Assembly (NCBI GenBank): GCA_000438195.1
Contig: FR903078.1
Coordinates: 9,845 to 73,844 of the forward strand
DNA from: Mycoplasma sp. CAG:776
GTDB lineage: Bacteria; Bacillota_I; Bacilli_A; RF39; UBA660
Direction of reading: 5' to 3'
Length of the DNA stretch: 64,000 nucleotides
Numbering within the stretch: position 1 is the first letter of the stretch; every line of letters begins with the position of its first letter. The notes under the pieces were generated by a model. That model did no database searches and had not been told where the DNA came from. It saw only the letters and a list, made by a program, of their open reading frames with translations. Shown one piece after another: positions 9,174 through 17,397 of this stretch. A program made the position numbers and the translations under genes.

Positions 9174-10074
9174 CTTGCATAAAAGGATGTTTATTATATT
9201 CTTTTTCTAACTTTTCTGTTGATAGATGAGTATAGATTTGGGTGGTGGAAATATCGCTATGTCCTAATAATTCTTGGACTATTCTTAAATCTGCTCCATT
9301 ATTTAATAAATGGGTTGCAAAGGAATGTCTAAGAATGTGGGGACTTATTTGTTTTTTGATTCCTTTTTCTTGACATAATTTTTTGATATATTTAAAAAAT
9401 GCTTGTCTTGTTATTTTGGTATGTCTAGAACTAATAAATATATATTCACAAGTAGATGTCCCTAATAGTTCATTTCTGCCAAATTTTAAGTAGTTATTTA
9501 AAAATTCAATTGCTGTATCATTAATTGGAACTAATCTTTCTTTACTCCCCTTTCCCATTACTTTAATTAATTTGTCTTCTAAAAATAGATTACTGGTTGT
9601 TAAATTACATAACTCGCTTATTCGCATACCAGTAGCATATAAGACTTCTAACATTGCTTTATTTCGCTGATCATAAGCTGAACTAGTTCTAATATCTAAT
9701 AAATTATCTATTTCTTCTATTGTTAGATATTCGGGTAATTTTTTTTCTATTTTAGGCATCTTTATTCCTTCACAAGGATTTATTGTAATGACTTTTGCTT
9801 CAACTAAATATTTGTAGAAATTATTGATGGTTGTTAAATATCTAGCTTTGGTCTTGCTGGATTTATTTTGATTTCTTAAATATTCTTGAATATTTTCTTT
9901 GGTTAAATTTTTAAGGTTTTTCTTTGGATAATATTTAGCTAAAAGATAAAGGTCTGTAGCATAAGATTCTCTAGTATTTTTGCTTGTATTATATTCAGAA
10001 TTTAAATATTCATTCATGTATTTTTCTAATTCGGGATTATGATTAAATATTTCTATTAATTCATCTTTTTTCAT
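9157..10074 (-). CDS. xerD: Tyrosine site-specific recombinase, XerD/XerC family
   Basis: RHSFATHLLNNGADLRIVQELLGHSDISTTQIYTH. Start placed at MKKDELIEIF behind AGGTGA rather than the longer track ORF. Confidence 0.75.
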   Translation of the reverse strand: MKKDELIEIFNHNPELEKYMNEYLNSEYNTSKNTRESYATDLYLLAKYYPKKNLKNLTKENIQEYLRNQNKSSKTKARYLTTINNFYKYLVEAKVITINPCEGIKMPKIEKKLPEYLTIEEIDNLLDIRTSSAYDQRNKAMLEVLYATGMRISELCNLTTSNLFLEDKLIKVMGKGSKERLVPINDTAIEFLNNYLKFGRNELLGTSTCEYIFISSRHTKITRQAFFKYIKKLCQEKGIKKQISPHILRHSFATHLLNNGADLRIVQELLGHSDISTTQIYTHLSTEKLEKEYNKHPFMQEKSHH

Positions 10075-10201
10075 ATACTCACCTTTTTTATTATAGCATA
10101 AATTAAAAGCAATTGACATACATACAAATGTATTATATACTGAATATATATAATGTTTTCTTTTTTAAAATATGATATAATGATGAAAGAAAGGATATAT
10201 T

Positions 10202-11398
10202 ATGGAATTACTTGCAAATAAAATTCGACCTAAAACTTTGAGAGAAATTATAGGTCAAAAACATTTAGTTGGTGACGGTAAAGTTTTAACAAATTTAGTT
10301 TCCAATGGTAAAATATTTTCAATGATTTTATATGGAAAGCCTGGAATTGGCAAGACTAGTATTGCGAATGCTTTAATCAGTGAGTTACATATTCGTTCAA
10401 AATTTTTAAATGCTACTACTAATAATAAAGCAGATTTTGATATTGCAATTGAAGAAGCTAAAATGTATGGAGAAATGATTTTAGTTATAGATGAAATTCA
10501 TCGTATGAATAAAGATAAACAAGATATTTTACTTCCACATATTGAATCTGGTTTGATTATTTTAATTGGGCTTACTACTTCTAATCCTTATCATAAGATC
10601 AATCCGGCGATTAGAAGTAGATGTCAAATTTTTGAGTTAAAAGAACTGAATACAGAAGATATTATAGAAGGATTAGATAGAGCTATAGATAGTCTACCAG
10701 ATATTAAAATTGATCAAGATGCTTTAAAATATATTGCTATGCTTTCTTCTGGAGATTTTCGCTCTGCTTTAAATACTTTAGAAGTTACATATTATGCAAC
10801 AAAAGATCATAATATAACTATTGAAGAAATAAAAAAAATTAATAATAAACCTGTGTTCTTCCATGATAAAGATGAAGACGGTCATTATCAAGTGTTAAGT
10901 GCTTTTCAAAAGTCAATTCGGGGAAGTGATGTAGATGCTGCACTACATTATTTAGCAAGACTTATTGTTGCTGGAGATTTAGATAGCATTTATAGAAGGA
11001 TGAGTGTAATTGCTTATGAAGATATTGGACTTGCTAATCCAGCTATGGGACCCAAAGTAATGGCTGCTATTCATGCTGCAGAATTGGTAGGGCTTCCTGA
11101 GGCAAGAATTCCATTAGGACAAGTCGTAGCAGAACTTGCTTTATCTCCTAAAAGCAATAGTACGTATTTGGCAATTGATGCAGCAATAAATGATATTAAT
11201 AAAGGTATTTCGGGAGAAATTCCTAAGCATATTATTGAAGGTTCTCCTAATTATATTTATCCTCATAATTTTAAAAATGATTATGTAGTTCAAGAATATA
11301 TGCCTGATAAATTAAAAAATAAAAAGTATTATATAAAAAAGGATAATAAATATGAAGTAAATTTAAATAGAGTATATGATGAAATGAGGGATATTTGA
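10202..11398 (+). CDS. rarA: Replication-associated recombination protein A (RarA/MgsA AAA+ ATPase)
   Basis: Walker A GKPGIGKTS, Walker B VIDEIHRMNK, MgsA C-terminal AYEDIGLANP. Confidence 0.9.
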   Translation: MELLANKIRPKTLREIIGQKHLVGDGKVLTNLVSNGKIFSMILYGKPGIGKTSIANALISELHIRSKFLNATTNNKADFDIAIEEAKMYGEMILVIDEIHRMNKDKQDILLPHIESGLIILIGLTTSNPYHKINPAIRSRCQIFELKELNTEDIIEGLDRAIDSLPDIKIDQDALKYIAMLSSGDFRSALNTLEVTYYATKDHNITIEEIKKINNKPVFFHDKDEDGHYQVLSAFQKSIRGSDVDAALHYLARLIVAGDLDSIYRRMSVIAYEDIGLANPAMGPKVMAAIHAAELVGLPEARIPLGQVVAELALSPKSNSTYLAIDAAINDINKGISGEIPKHIIEGSPNYIYPHNFKNDYVVQEYMPDKLKNKKYYIKKDNKYEVNLNRVYDEMRDI

Positions 11399-12372
11399 TG
11401 AATATAAGTGTTATTGGAACAGGAATTTATGGAATAGCTTTAAGCTTAGATATGGTTAGTAATGGACATCATGTAAAGATGTGGACAGAAAACCAAGAAC
11501 TTGAGAAGCACTTCTTAGAAAAACATGATTTAAAACCTATTACAGATGTATTTATACCAGAAGCTATAGAAGTTACTTCGGATTTAAAAAAAGCTTTAGA
11601 AAGTACTGATTTTGTTGTTTTAGTAACATCTGCTAAATATACTAGACAAATGTGCAAACAAATAAAAAAATATTTTAATATTTTAACTCCTGTTTGTATT
11701 GCTAGTAAAGGAATTGAAAATGATACTTTTTCTTTTCTATCAGATATTGTTAGAACAGAACTTAGAGCAAAACATATTGCTATCATTTCTGGGCCTACTT
11801 TTGCAATTGATTTAATTAATCGAGAACCTGTTGCACTATCAGCGGCTGTTACAACTAATAAGGCTTTTCAAATTACTAGTTTAGCTTTTTGTAATGAAAG
11901 GCTAAAATTAAGGGAAAATAGAGATTTATATGGTACTCAGCTTTGTGGTAGTATTAAAAATGTAATTGCTATTGCTTCGGGTATTTTAGACGGTTTAGGT
12001 TATAGTGAATCTACTAGAGCATTTTTGATTACAGAATCTACTCACGATATTAAAGAATTATTAGCAGCTATGGAATGTAACCCTAAGACTATTATGTCAT
12101 TTGCGGGTATTGGTGATTTAATGCTTACAGCAAGTTCTCCTAAGAGCAGAAATTATCGTTATGGAAAACTGTTGGGTGAAAGAAAAACAGAAAAAGAGAT
12201 TGAAGAATATTTAAATAACAATACTACTGAAGGTTATTATACCCTTTTATCTATTAAAGGTTTAACTAAAAACAGAAAAATTAAAATGCCAATTATTAAT
12301 ATTATTTATGATATTGCTATTAATCATAAAGATCCAGAAATATTAGTTGATTTTCTTATTACAAAAGCATAA
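11395..12372 (+). CDS. gpsA: NAD(P)H-dependent glycerol-3-phosphate dehydrogenase
   Basis: N-terminal Rossmann ISVIGTGIYG, plus GSIKNVIAIASGI and SRNYRYG. Start overlaps the rarA stop by 4 nt. Confidence 0.88.
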   Translation: MMNISVIGTGIYGIALSLDMVSNGHHVKMWTENQELEKHFLEKHDLKPITDVFIPEAIEVTSDLKKALESTDFVVLVTSAKYTRQMCKQIKKYFNILTPVCIASKGIENDTFSFLSDIVRTELRAKHIAIISGPTFAIDLINREPVALSAAVTTNKAFQITSLAFCNERLKLRENRDLYGTQLCGSIKNVIAIASGILDGLGYSESTRAFLITESTHDIKELLAAMECNPKTIMSFAGIGDLMLTASSPKSRNYRYGKLLGERKTEKEIEEYLNNNTTEGYYTLLSIKGLTKNRKIKMPIINIIYDIAINHKDPEILVDFLITKA

Positions 12373-12390
12373 CAATAAAGTTATGCTTTT
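12363..12390 (+). terminator. Hairpin at the gpsA stop
   Basis: AAAAGCATAAC / GTTATGCTTTT perfect stem around an AATAAA loop. Confidence 0.5.
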
Positions 12391-12395
12391 AAATA

Positions 12396-12687
12396 GAATA
12401 AAAAACGAGTGAAGTTGTGTTCTATACTTCACTCTATTAATGTATTATACTTGTCTATGTGTAAGGGATTATCGTTAGTGCCATTTCCTGTTACTTTTAC
12501 ATCAGTCGACAGATTTATTACTGGATGTACACCGTGTGTGTTATGCGCGAGCCAATGGTTGAGGTTGCCACTCGGAATTTACAATGAACACGAAAGCAAG
12601 TGCACTATTATGGGAACGTCTTTTTATATACTTTGTGTAGAAGTATCATATTTCTGCTGATTATCTTTTAGGCAAAATAGATGAACC
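12396..12687 (-). ncRNA. GC-enriched structured region 3' of tcdA (unclassified RNA candidate or long structured 3' UTR)
   Basis: Local GC spike, e.g. GTACACCGTGTGTGTTATGCGCGAGCCAATGGTTGAGGTTGCCACTCGG. Bulged hairpin CGAG..CTCG. Minus-strand terminator GAGTGAAGT/ACTTCACTC followed by G and five T at 12396-12434. The only ORF here (12409-12660) has a GTG start inside that hairpin and no RBS. Confidence 0.25.
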
Positions 12688-13374
12688 TCAAGAATTATCT
12701 TGAGCTTTTATAATATCTAAAAATATATAGTTAGCTAAATAAATACCTGCAACAGAGGGAACAAAAATACATGATCCTATTATATTTTGGGTATTAATAG
12801 CATTTTCACTACTAAATACGACTGGAACTTTTAAACTTAAGTTTTCTTTTCTAGCAATGTTTCTTAACTTTTTGGCAAAAGGATCATTTTCGGTTTTATC
12901 TAAGGTAGTTATTTTTAAATATTCTGGATTAAGCTTTTTCCCTGTTCCTAAAGCACTAATTACTTTTATATGCTTGTTTTGGGCATATTTCATTAATTCT
13001 ATTTTTATTGGTATGTCATCACAGGCATCAATAATATAGTCATAATTTGTATTTATGTAAGTATTAAAATTTTCTTTCGTTAAATAAATATTATGAACTG
13101 TTAGATTTAAATTATCATTAATATCTATATATCTTTTTGTTGCTTCTTCTCCTTTTAATTTGCCTAAATTTTTATTATTGGTAATAATTTGCCTATTTAA
13201 ATTGGATTTATCAATCGTGTCACCATCGATTATTGTAATATTTTGAAATCCACTTCTTACTAAGCTTTCTAAAGCAAATCCCCCTACTCCACCGATTCCA
13301 ACTATTAATATATTTGTGTTTTGGATTTTTTTTAAGTTTTCTTTACCAATTAAAGAAATTAATCGTTCATACAT
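12688..13374 (-). CDS. tcdA: ThiF/MoeB-family adenylyltransferase, TcdA-like tRNA t6A dehydratase
   Basis: ILIVGIGGVGGFALESLVRSGF and DKSNLNRQI. Start placed at MYERLISL behind GGTGA and its own TGtTATAAT promoter. The longer track ORF runs through two hairpin terminators. Confidence 0.7.
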   Translation of the reverse strand: MYERLISLIGKENLKKIQNTNILIVGIGGVGGFALESLVRSGFQNITIIDGDTIDKSNLNRQIITNNKNLGKLKGEEATKRYIDINDNLNLTVHNIYLTKENFNTYINTNYDYIIDACDDIPIKIELMKYAQNKHIKVISALGTGKKLNPEYLKITTLDKTENDPFAKKLRNIARKENLSLKVPVVFSSENAINTQNIIGSCIFVPSVAGIYLANYIFLDIIKAQDNS

Positions 13375-13401
13375 ATTGATCACCAAAGTTATTATAACAA
13401 A

Positions 13402-13581
13402 TAAAAACCCAGATGGAAAGTCTATCTGGTGATAAAAAACCCGCTCTCGCGAGGTGGTAAGAAACATACATGCTTCTGGATTCTGGCTAATCAAGACCAG
13501 CCTTCAACTCCACATGTAATTATTCTCCCAAGGCTATCACATAGTCGGTTTTATGCTACAGATAAACTATATCCTCTAGGT
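13402..13581 (-). ncRNA. Candidate 6S-like RNA (about 180 nt)
   Basis: Extended -10 TGATATAAT (13596-13588, minus strand). The 5' segment CCTAGAGGATATAGTTTATCTG (13580-13559) pairs with the 3' segment CAGATAGACTTTCCATCTGGG (within 13431-13408). TAAAACC pairs with GGTTTTTTA further in. An ACCACC-plus-small-hairpin element (CTCGC GAGA GCGGG) lies on the 3' side. The position upstream of tcdA matches my recollection of bsrA next to yrvM in B. subtilis. Confidence 0.45.
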
Positions 13582-13644
13582 ATTTTTATTATATCACACT
13601 TTTATTAAAATATACATAAAAATTATTTACTTTACATATTTTTC

Positions 13645-13674
13645 TTGACTAATAGAAATTTATAGTGTTATAAT
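13645..13674 (+). promoter_or_regulatory. Near-consensus sigma-A type promoter with extended -10
   Basis: TTGACT (13645-13650), 18-nt spacer, TGtTATAAT (13666-13674). Confidence 0.6.
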
Positions 13675-13680
13675 CATTCT

Positions 13681-14316
13681 ACTTATTGTTCTTTGATAAT
13701 TAGATAAATGAACCATATGATAGACAAGAAGACAATCTTGTATGGGGATATCTTATGCTTATTATTTAATAGTGCGAACTTTTAAAGGATTGAGTTGGTT
13801 TAGTAGTAATACTAAACTAGGAATTACAAAGTAATAAAAAAGATATTAGCAATACTATTATAGGGTTATAAGGCACAGTCCTAATCGTAGTCATCATAAA
13901 CTTTCTTCGTAGAAAAGAAGAAGATTAACTTTAAAATTTATTAGAGTGGCATCTAAAGAATTTTAAAGAATGCCAATAAGCTATTTGCAGTTGACACATA
14001 GTGATATGTTATAAGATTAGAAACTGGTTAAAGTAGTGCAAATCTGCAAGAAAATAGATGGTTGTCGCGGTTCGATTCCGTAAAATATATGCTTTAATAT
14101 ATTCCTAAGTGCATGAAATTTGGAAGTGCAAGTCTTCTTTAGTGGTTGTAGGTAATTGAAGAATAGAGGTCGCTCCTCTATGAGGGCAATTACTGGCTAG
14201 TGGCTGAAAGAAAAAATAATTTTGTAATAGTTATTAATGTGAGAAACATCATTTATCTAATTATCAAAGGGCAATAGAAAAGATTAGACTTTATCGGTTT
14301 CTAATCTTCTTTTTTT
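13681..14316 (+). ncRNA. Large (about 635 nt) non-coding transcription unit, candidate large structured RNA of unknown class
   Basis: No ORF of 60 aa or more on either strand. Promoter directly upstream. 21-bp perfect long-range helix 13691-13711 / 14249-14269, extended to 13683/14277 by Watson-Crick pairs plus T-G pairs valid only on the plus strand. Internal hairpins GTTTAGTA-GTAA-TACTAAAC (13798-13817) and ATAGAGG-TCGCT-CCTCTAT (14163-14181). T-loop-like GGTTCGATTCC (14069-14079). Terminator AGATTAGA/TCTAATCT followed by a T-run (14281-14316). Confidence 0.55.
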
Positions 14317-16264
14317 ATCCAAATTTTGATATATCACCCATACCGCTCATGGGATCAAAATTTTCATTACTATTTTCATTGATTGGTGATGTAGGATTTA
14401 TTGTTTGGTCTTCTGTTTTTATATCTTTTTGTAACGTGCTTGTACTTGTTCCTTCTGTTACATAGTTATTCGCTATTCTTTCTTCTTTTGTTTGATATAT
14501 AGGAGAGTCTTGTTCTTGCCAACAACCTGAAACATTACAATTGGTTGAATATGGCATTGGATCTGGCATTTTTAGCTTACAAATCATTGGTATTTTGAAT
14601 GCTCCACCGAATGCTACACAATTACCAGGCTGTAATACTTTCATTTTTTCAATTACATCGGCACTAATATTAGGAAGCATTTCCTCAATGTATTTAATGT
14701 CTTTTGGGTGTGTCATTTTAAATATAAGAAAGTTGGAACATTGAGCAATTACTGTATCACTAATTTCTACTGGTCTTTGACTGATAATATCAAGTAATAC
14801 TCCATATTTACGACCTTCTTTGGCAATACGATCAAAAATATTATATCCGAGTAAGAAGGTATCACTATCTTGTTGAATATAACGATGGGCTTCTTCTAAG
14901 AAAAGATGGAATGGAATACTCGCTCTTTTTTTAAGACCTTTTGCATAATCAAATAATAATTTTGAAACAATTTTAACTATAACCTTGGCATAAGCATCAT
15001 CAATATCTTCTAAGTTGATATTTACTATTTGAGCTCGATTATTTTCTTTTCTTCCTAGTTCTTCTACAAAAGATTCAACACTTGTATATTTAGAACCATC
15101 AAAATAATTATTTACTTGTCCACCAATAATCGTGTTTAATCTTACTTGAAGAATCATCGCTTCATTATACATCGCCTGATTACCTTGAAAGCCTTCACTT
15201 ATTAAAGTGAACTCTAGGGCATTTGCTAAGTCTTTTAAGGTATAATATGCTTTTTCTGGTATTGGCATTGCTGTAATAGATTCATCAATATGTTTTAAAA
15301 TATATTCGGTAATTAATACTGATTCACCAAAATTACCATTTGAATCAATTTCAAAACATTCACTAAAGCTTCTTGTATAACCTAAACCAGGAATAACTGA
15401 ATCAAAGTTAAATTCTTTGGTGTGACATACTTCTATTACTTTGAATATTTCATTCTTTTTATAGCTAGTTGTTGAATTACTAAATAAAATGGCTATTAAA
15501 GCTTTGGCTATTAAATGATTTTTATATTTTGTAATTTCTTCACTATCGCTAGAGAATATTTTGGCATATTTAATACTACGTTCCAAAATTGGCAATTGAG
15601 AATGAGAATTAGCTTGTAATAAAAGAGCTATATCATCTAATGTAAGTAAATTTACAGGAATCTTTAATAAATAATCCGTTGGTTCAGTTGGGTTTGTGGT
15701 AATAAATTTATAGTTATAACTTGGATTAATTTTATTTAATGAACCAAAAGCATTTTTATATTCGCCATAAGCATCAAAGAAAAACATATTAGCGTTATAA
15801 GTTACCGTTTTTGGATTACTAAAAATATTTTGAATAATTCTTGATACACCACATGATTTACCAGAACCACTATTACCAAATATCGCTAAGTGATTTGAAA
15901 ATAAATCATTTATATCTGGGCATATTTGAAAACCTTTATATGTAGCACTTTCTCCTAATGTAAAGCTTTTATTACTTAATGTTCCCACTAATTCAAGTAA
16001 TTCTTCACTATTAATAATTCTTAAAGTACTAGATAATAAAGGTTTTCTTATTACACCATTTACATATCTAGAGCCAATATATTCTCCTAAGAATCTAATT
16101 TTGATTTCTTCATCATTTAATTCAATAACTTCACCTAATATTCTTTGATCCTTATCTTCAAATATTACATGAATGTTCATTAAATCAGCAGTAATTGTAT
16201 CTTTACTTTTGTTTTCTACATGTGCAATGTTATCACTAATATATAATATTTTGCCAAATATCAT
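14315..16264 (-). CDS. HerA-like (DUF87) P-loop ATPase
   Basis: Walker A FGNSGSGKSCGV, Walker B HLFLEEAHRYI, N-terminal barrel-like region typical of HerA/FtsK-clade ATPases, low-complexity C-terminal tail. Confidence 0.75.
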   Translation of the reverse strand: MIFGKILYISDNIAHVENKSKDTITADLMNIHVIFEDKDQRILGEVIELNDEEIKIRFLGEYIGSRYVNGVIRKPLLSSTLRIINSEELLELVGTLSNKSFTLGESATYKGFQICPDINDLFSNHLAIFGNSGSGKSCGVSRIIQNIFSNPKTVTYNANMFFFDAYGEYKNAFGSLNKINPSYNYKFITTNPTEPTDYLLKIPVNLLTLDDIALLLQANSHSQLPILERSIKYAKIFSSDSEEITKYKNHLIAKALIAILFSNSTTSYKKNEIFKVIEVCHTKEFNFDSVIPGLGYTRSFSECFEIDSNGNFGESVLITEYILKHIDESITAMPIPEKAYYTLKDLANALEFTLISEGFQGNQAMYNEAMILQVRLNTIIGGQVNNYFDGSKYTSVESFVEELGRKENNRAQIVNINLEDIDDAYAKVIVKIVSKLLFDYAKGLKKRASIPFHLFLEEAHRYIQQDSDTFLLGYNIFDRIAKEGRKYGVLLDIISQRPVEISDTVIAQCSNFLIFKMTHPKDIKYIEEMLPNISADVIEKMKVLQPGNCVAFGGAFKIPMICKLKMPDPMPYSTNCNVSGCWQEQDSPIYQTKEERIANNYVTEGTSTSTLQKDIKTEDQTINPTSPINENSNENFDPMSGMGDISKFG

Positions 16265-16363
16265 TCTAATCGACCTACCCTACTCTATGTAATTATAGCA
16301 TGACTGAATATAAAAAAAAAGAGTTTTTGGTAAAACTTTTCTTTTTGATTTTATTTTATTTTG

Positions 16364-17338
16364 TTATTTTCCACTCCATGTTTCATACCAATTTTTTAAC
16401 TTATTTAATCCACTACTAGCTAGATCTTTTAAAAATTCCCAAGTTAAGCCAAAACTTTCTTTTAAATCTTGAAATCCTTCTTTGGCACTTGTACATAAAT
16501 CGTCATGATTCTCACAAATATTACTTGTAATATCTAAATAAGTATTCACTATTAAATTTTTAATACTAGTATAAACTTTATTGGCACCATTACTTATCGT
16601 TTCTTTGTATCCTGGAAAAACATTATCTATTTTATCATCAATCCATAAAGCGGCTTTTAATACTTCTAATTTAGCTGAGGTAGTTAATTCATTAAAAGTG
16701 TGACCTGCTATTTTGCCATTATAAAATAGGAAATCAACAACCGTGATAAAGCCACTTTTTAAAGTATCTGTTATTCCTTTATCGGCATCGCTTTGAATGG
16801 TATTTACATATTCTAATACGGCTTCATCGGCAGATTTGCTAGTTACATTATTATTAGAATTGTTGTTAGTTGGCGTTTTGTTAGTATTATTATTGCTTGT
16901 ATGATTTTTATTTGGAGAATTATTGGTATTTGTTTTTCCGTTTGTTTCATTTAAATTGGTGTTCTTTCCTTGGTTGCCGTTTATAATATTTTCTGATGTA
17001 TTTGTAGTGTTATTTTCTTCTAATTCTTCTTCTGGTTTATTTTTTTTTATTAAAGTTTCTTTTATGGCAGATATTTCTTTAGGATTCGTAGAATCTTTTA
17101 GACTGCTTCTTTTGTAAGTAACAGTTATTTCATCTCCTATTTCATAAATATTGGAAATATTATTTATTATGTAGTCTTCATTTTCTGTTTCGATCATGAT
17201 ATAGCCATCACCACTTATTAATACTGTACCAGTTATATTTAATTCCTCATTTTCTTTTGTCAAAAAATAAATGGCAAGAGATGCTCCAATAAAAAGAATA
17301 ATTAGCAAGATGATTAGGATAGTTCTCTTTTTAATCAT
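16364..17338 (-). CDS. Membrane-anchored protein with Asn/Thr-rich linker, unknown function
   Basis: N-terminal TM ILIILLIILFIGASLAIYF, an N/T-rich low-complexity stretch of about 60 aa, and a C-terminal helical domain. Confidence 0.65.
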   Translation of the reverse strand: MIKKRTILIILLIILFIGASLAIYFLTKENEELNITGTVLISGDGYIMIETENEDYIINNISNIYEIGDEITVTYKRSSLKDSTNPKEISAIKETLIKKNKPEEELEENNTTNTSENIINGNQGKNTNLNETNGKTNTNNSPNKNHTSNNNTNKTPTNNNSNNNVTSKSADEAVLEYVNTIQSDADKGITDTLKSGFITVVDFLFYNGKIAGHTFNELTTSAKLEVLKAALWIDDKIDNVFPGYKETISNGANKVYTSIKNLIVNTYLDITSNICENHDDLCTSAKEGFQDLKESFGLTWEFLKDLASSGLNKLKNWYETWSGK

Positions 17339-17397
17339 TTTTTCTTCACTTCCTAATCATATTATACACAAAAAAAGGAGAAATGTAAAATCTCACC

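Noticed and set aside
12409-12660. 83-aa plus-strand ORF after gpsA
   Set aside because: The GTG start lies inside a terminator hairpin, there is no RBS, and the composition is odd and Cys-rich. The region is better explained as structured non-coding sequence.
13408-13562. RNase P RNA, suggested by plus-strand GGAAAGTC (P4-like) and GCTACAGATAA (resembling GGCTTACAGAA)
   Set aside because: The two motifs are only about 145 nt apart, and the intervening sequence lacks the other conserved RNase P regions. A minus-strand 6S-like fold with its own promoter explains the region better.
14061-14085. tRNA or tmRNA, suggested by GGTTCGATTCC
   Set aside because: No acceptor, D or anticodon arms and no CCA context surround it. 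It is treated as a T-loop-like motif inside the large RNA candidate.
13691-14269. Retron msr-msd, or a MITE, as the explanation for the 21-bp inverted repeats
   Set aside because: A retron is rejected because no reverse transcriptase gene is nearby and the spacing of about 540 nt is far larger than a retron ncRNA. A MITE is unlikely because there is no obvious target-site duplication, no second copy in the window, and a dedicated promoter and terminator frame the unit. The MITE alternative is kept as a refutation test under the large-RNA finding.
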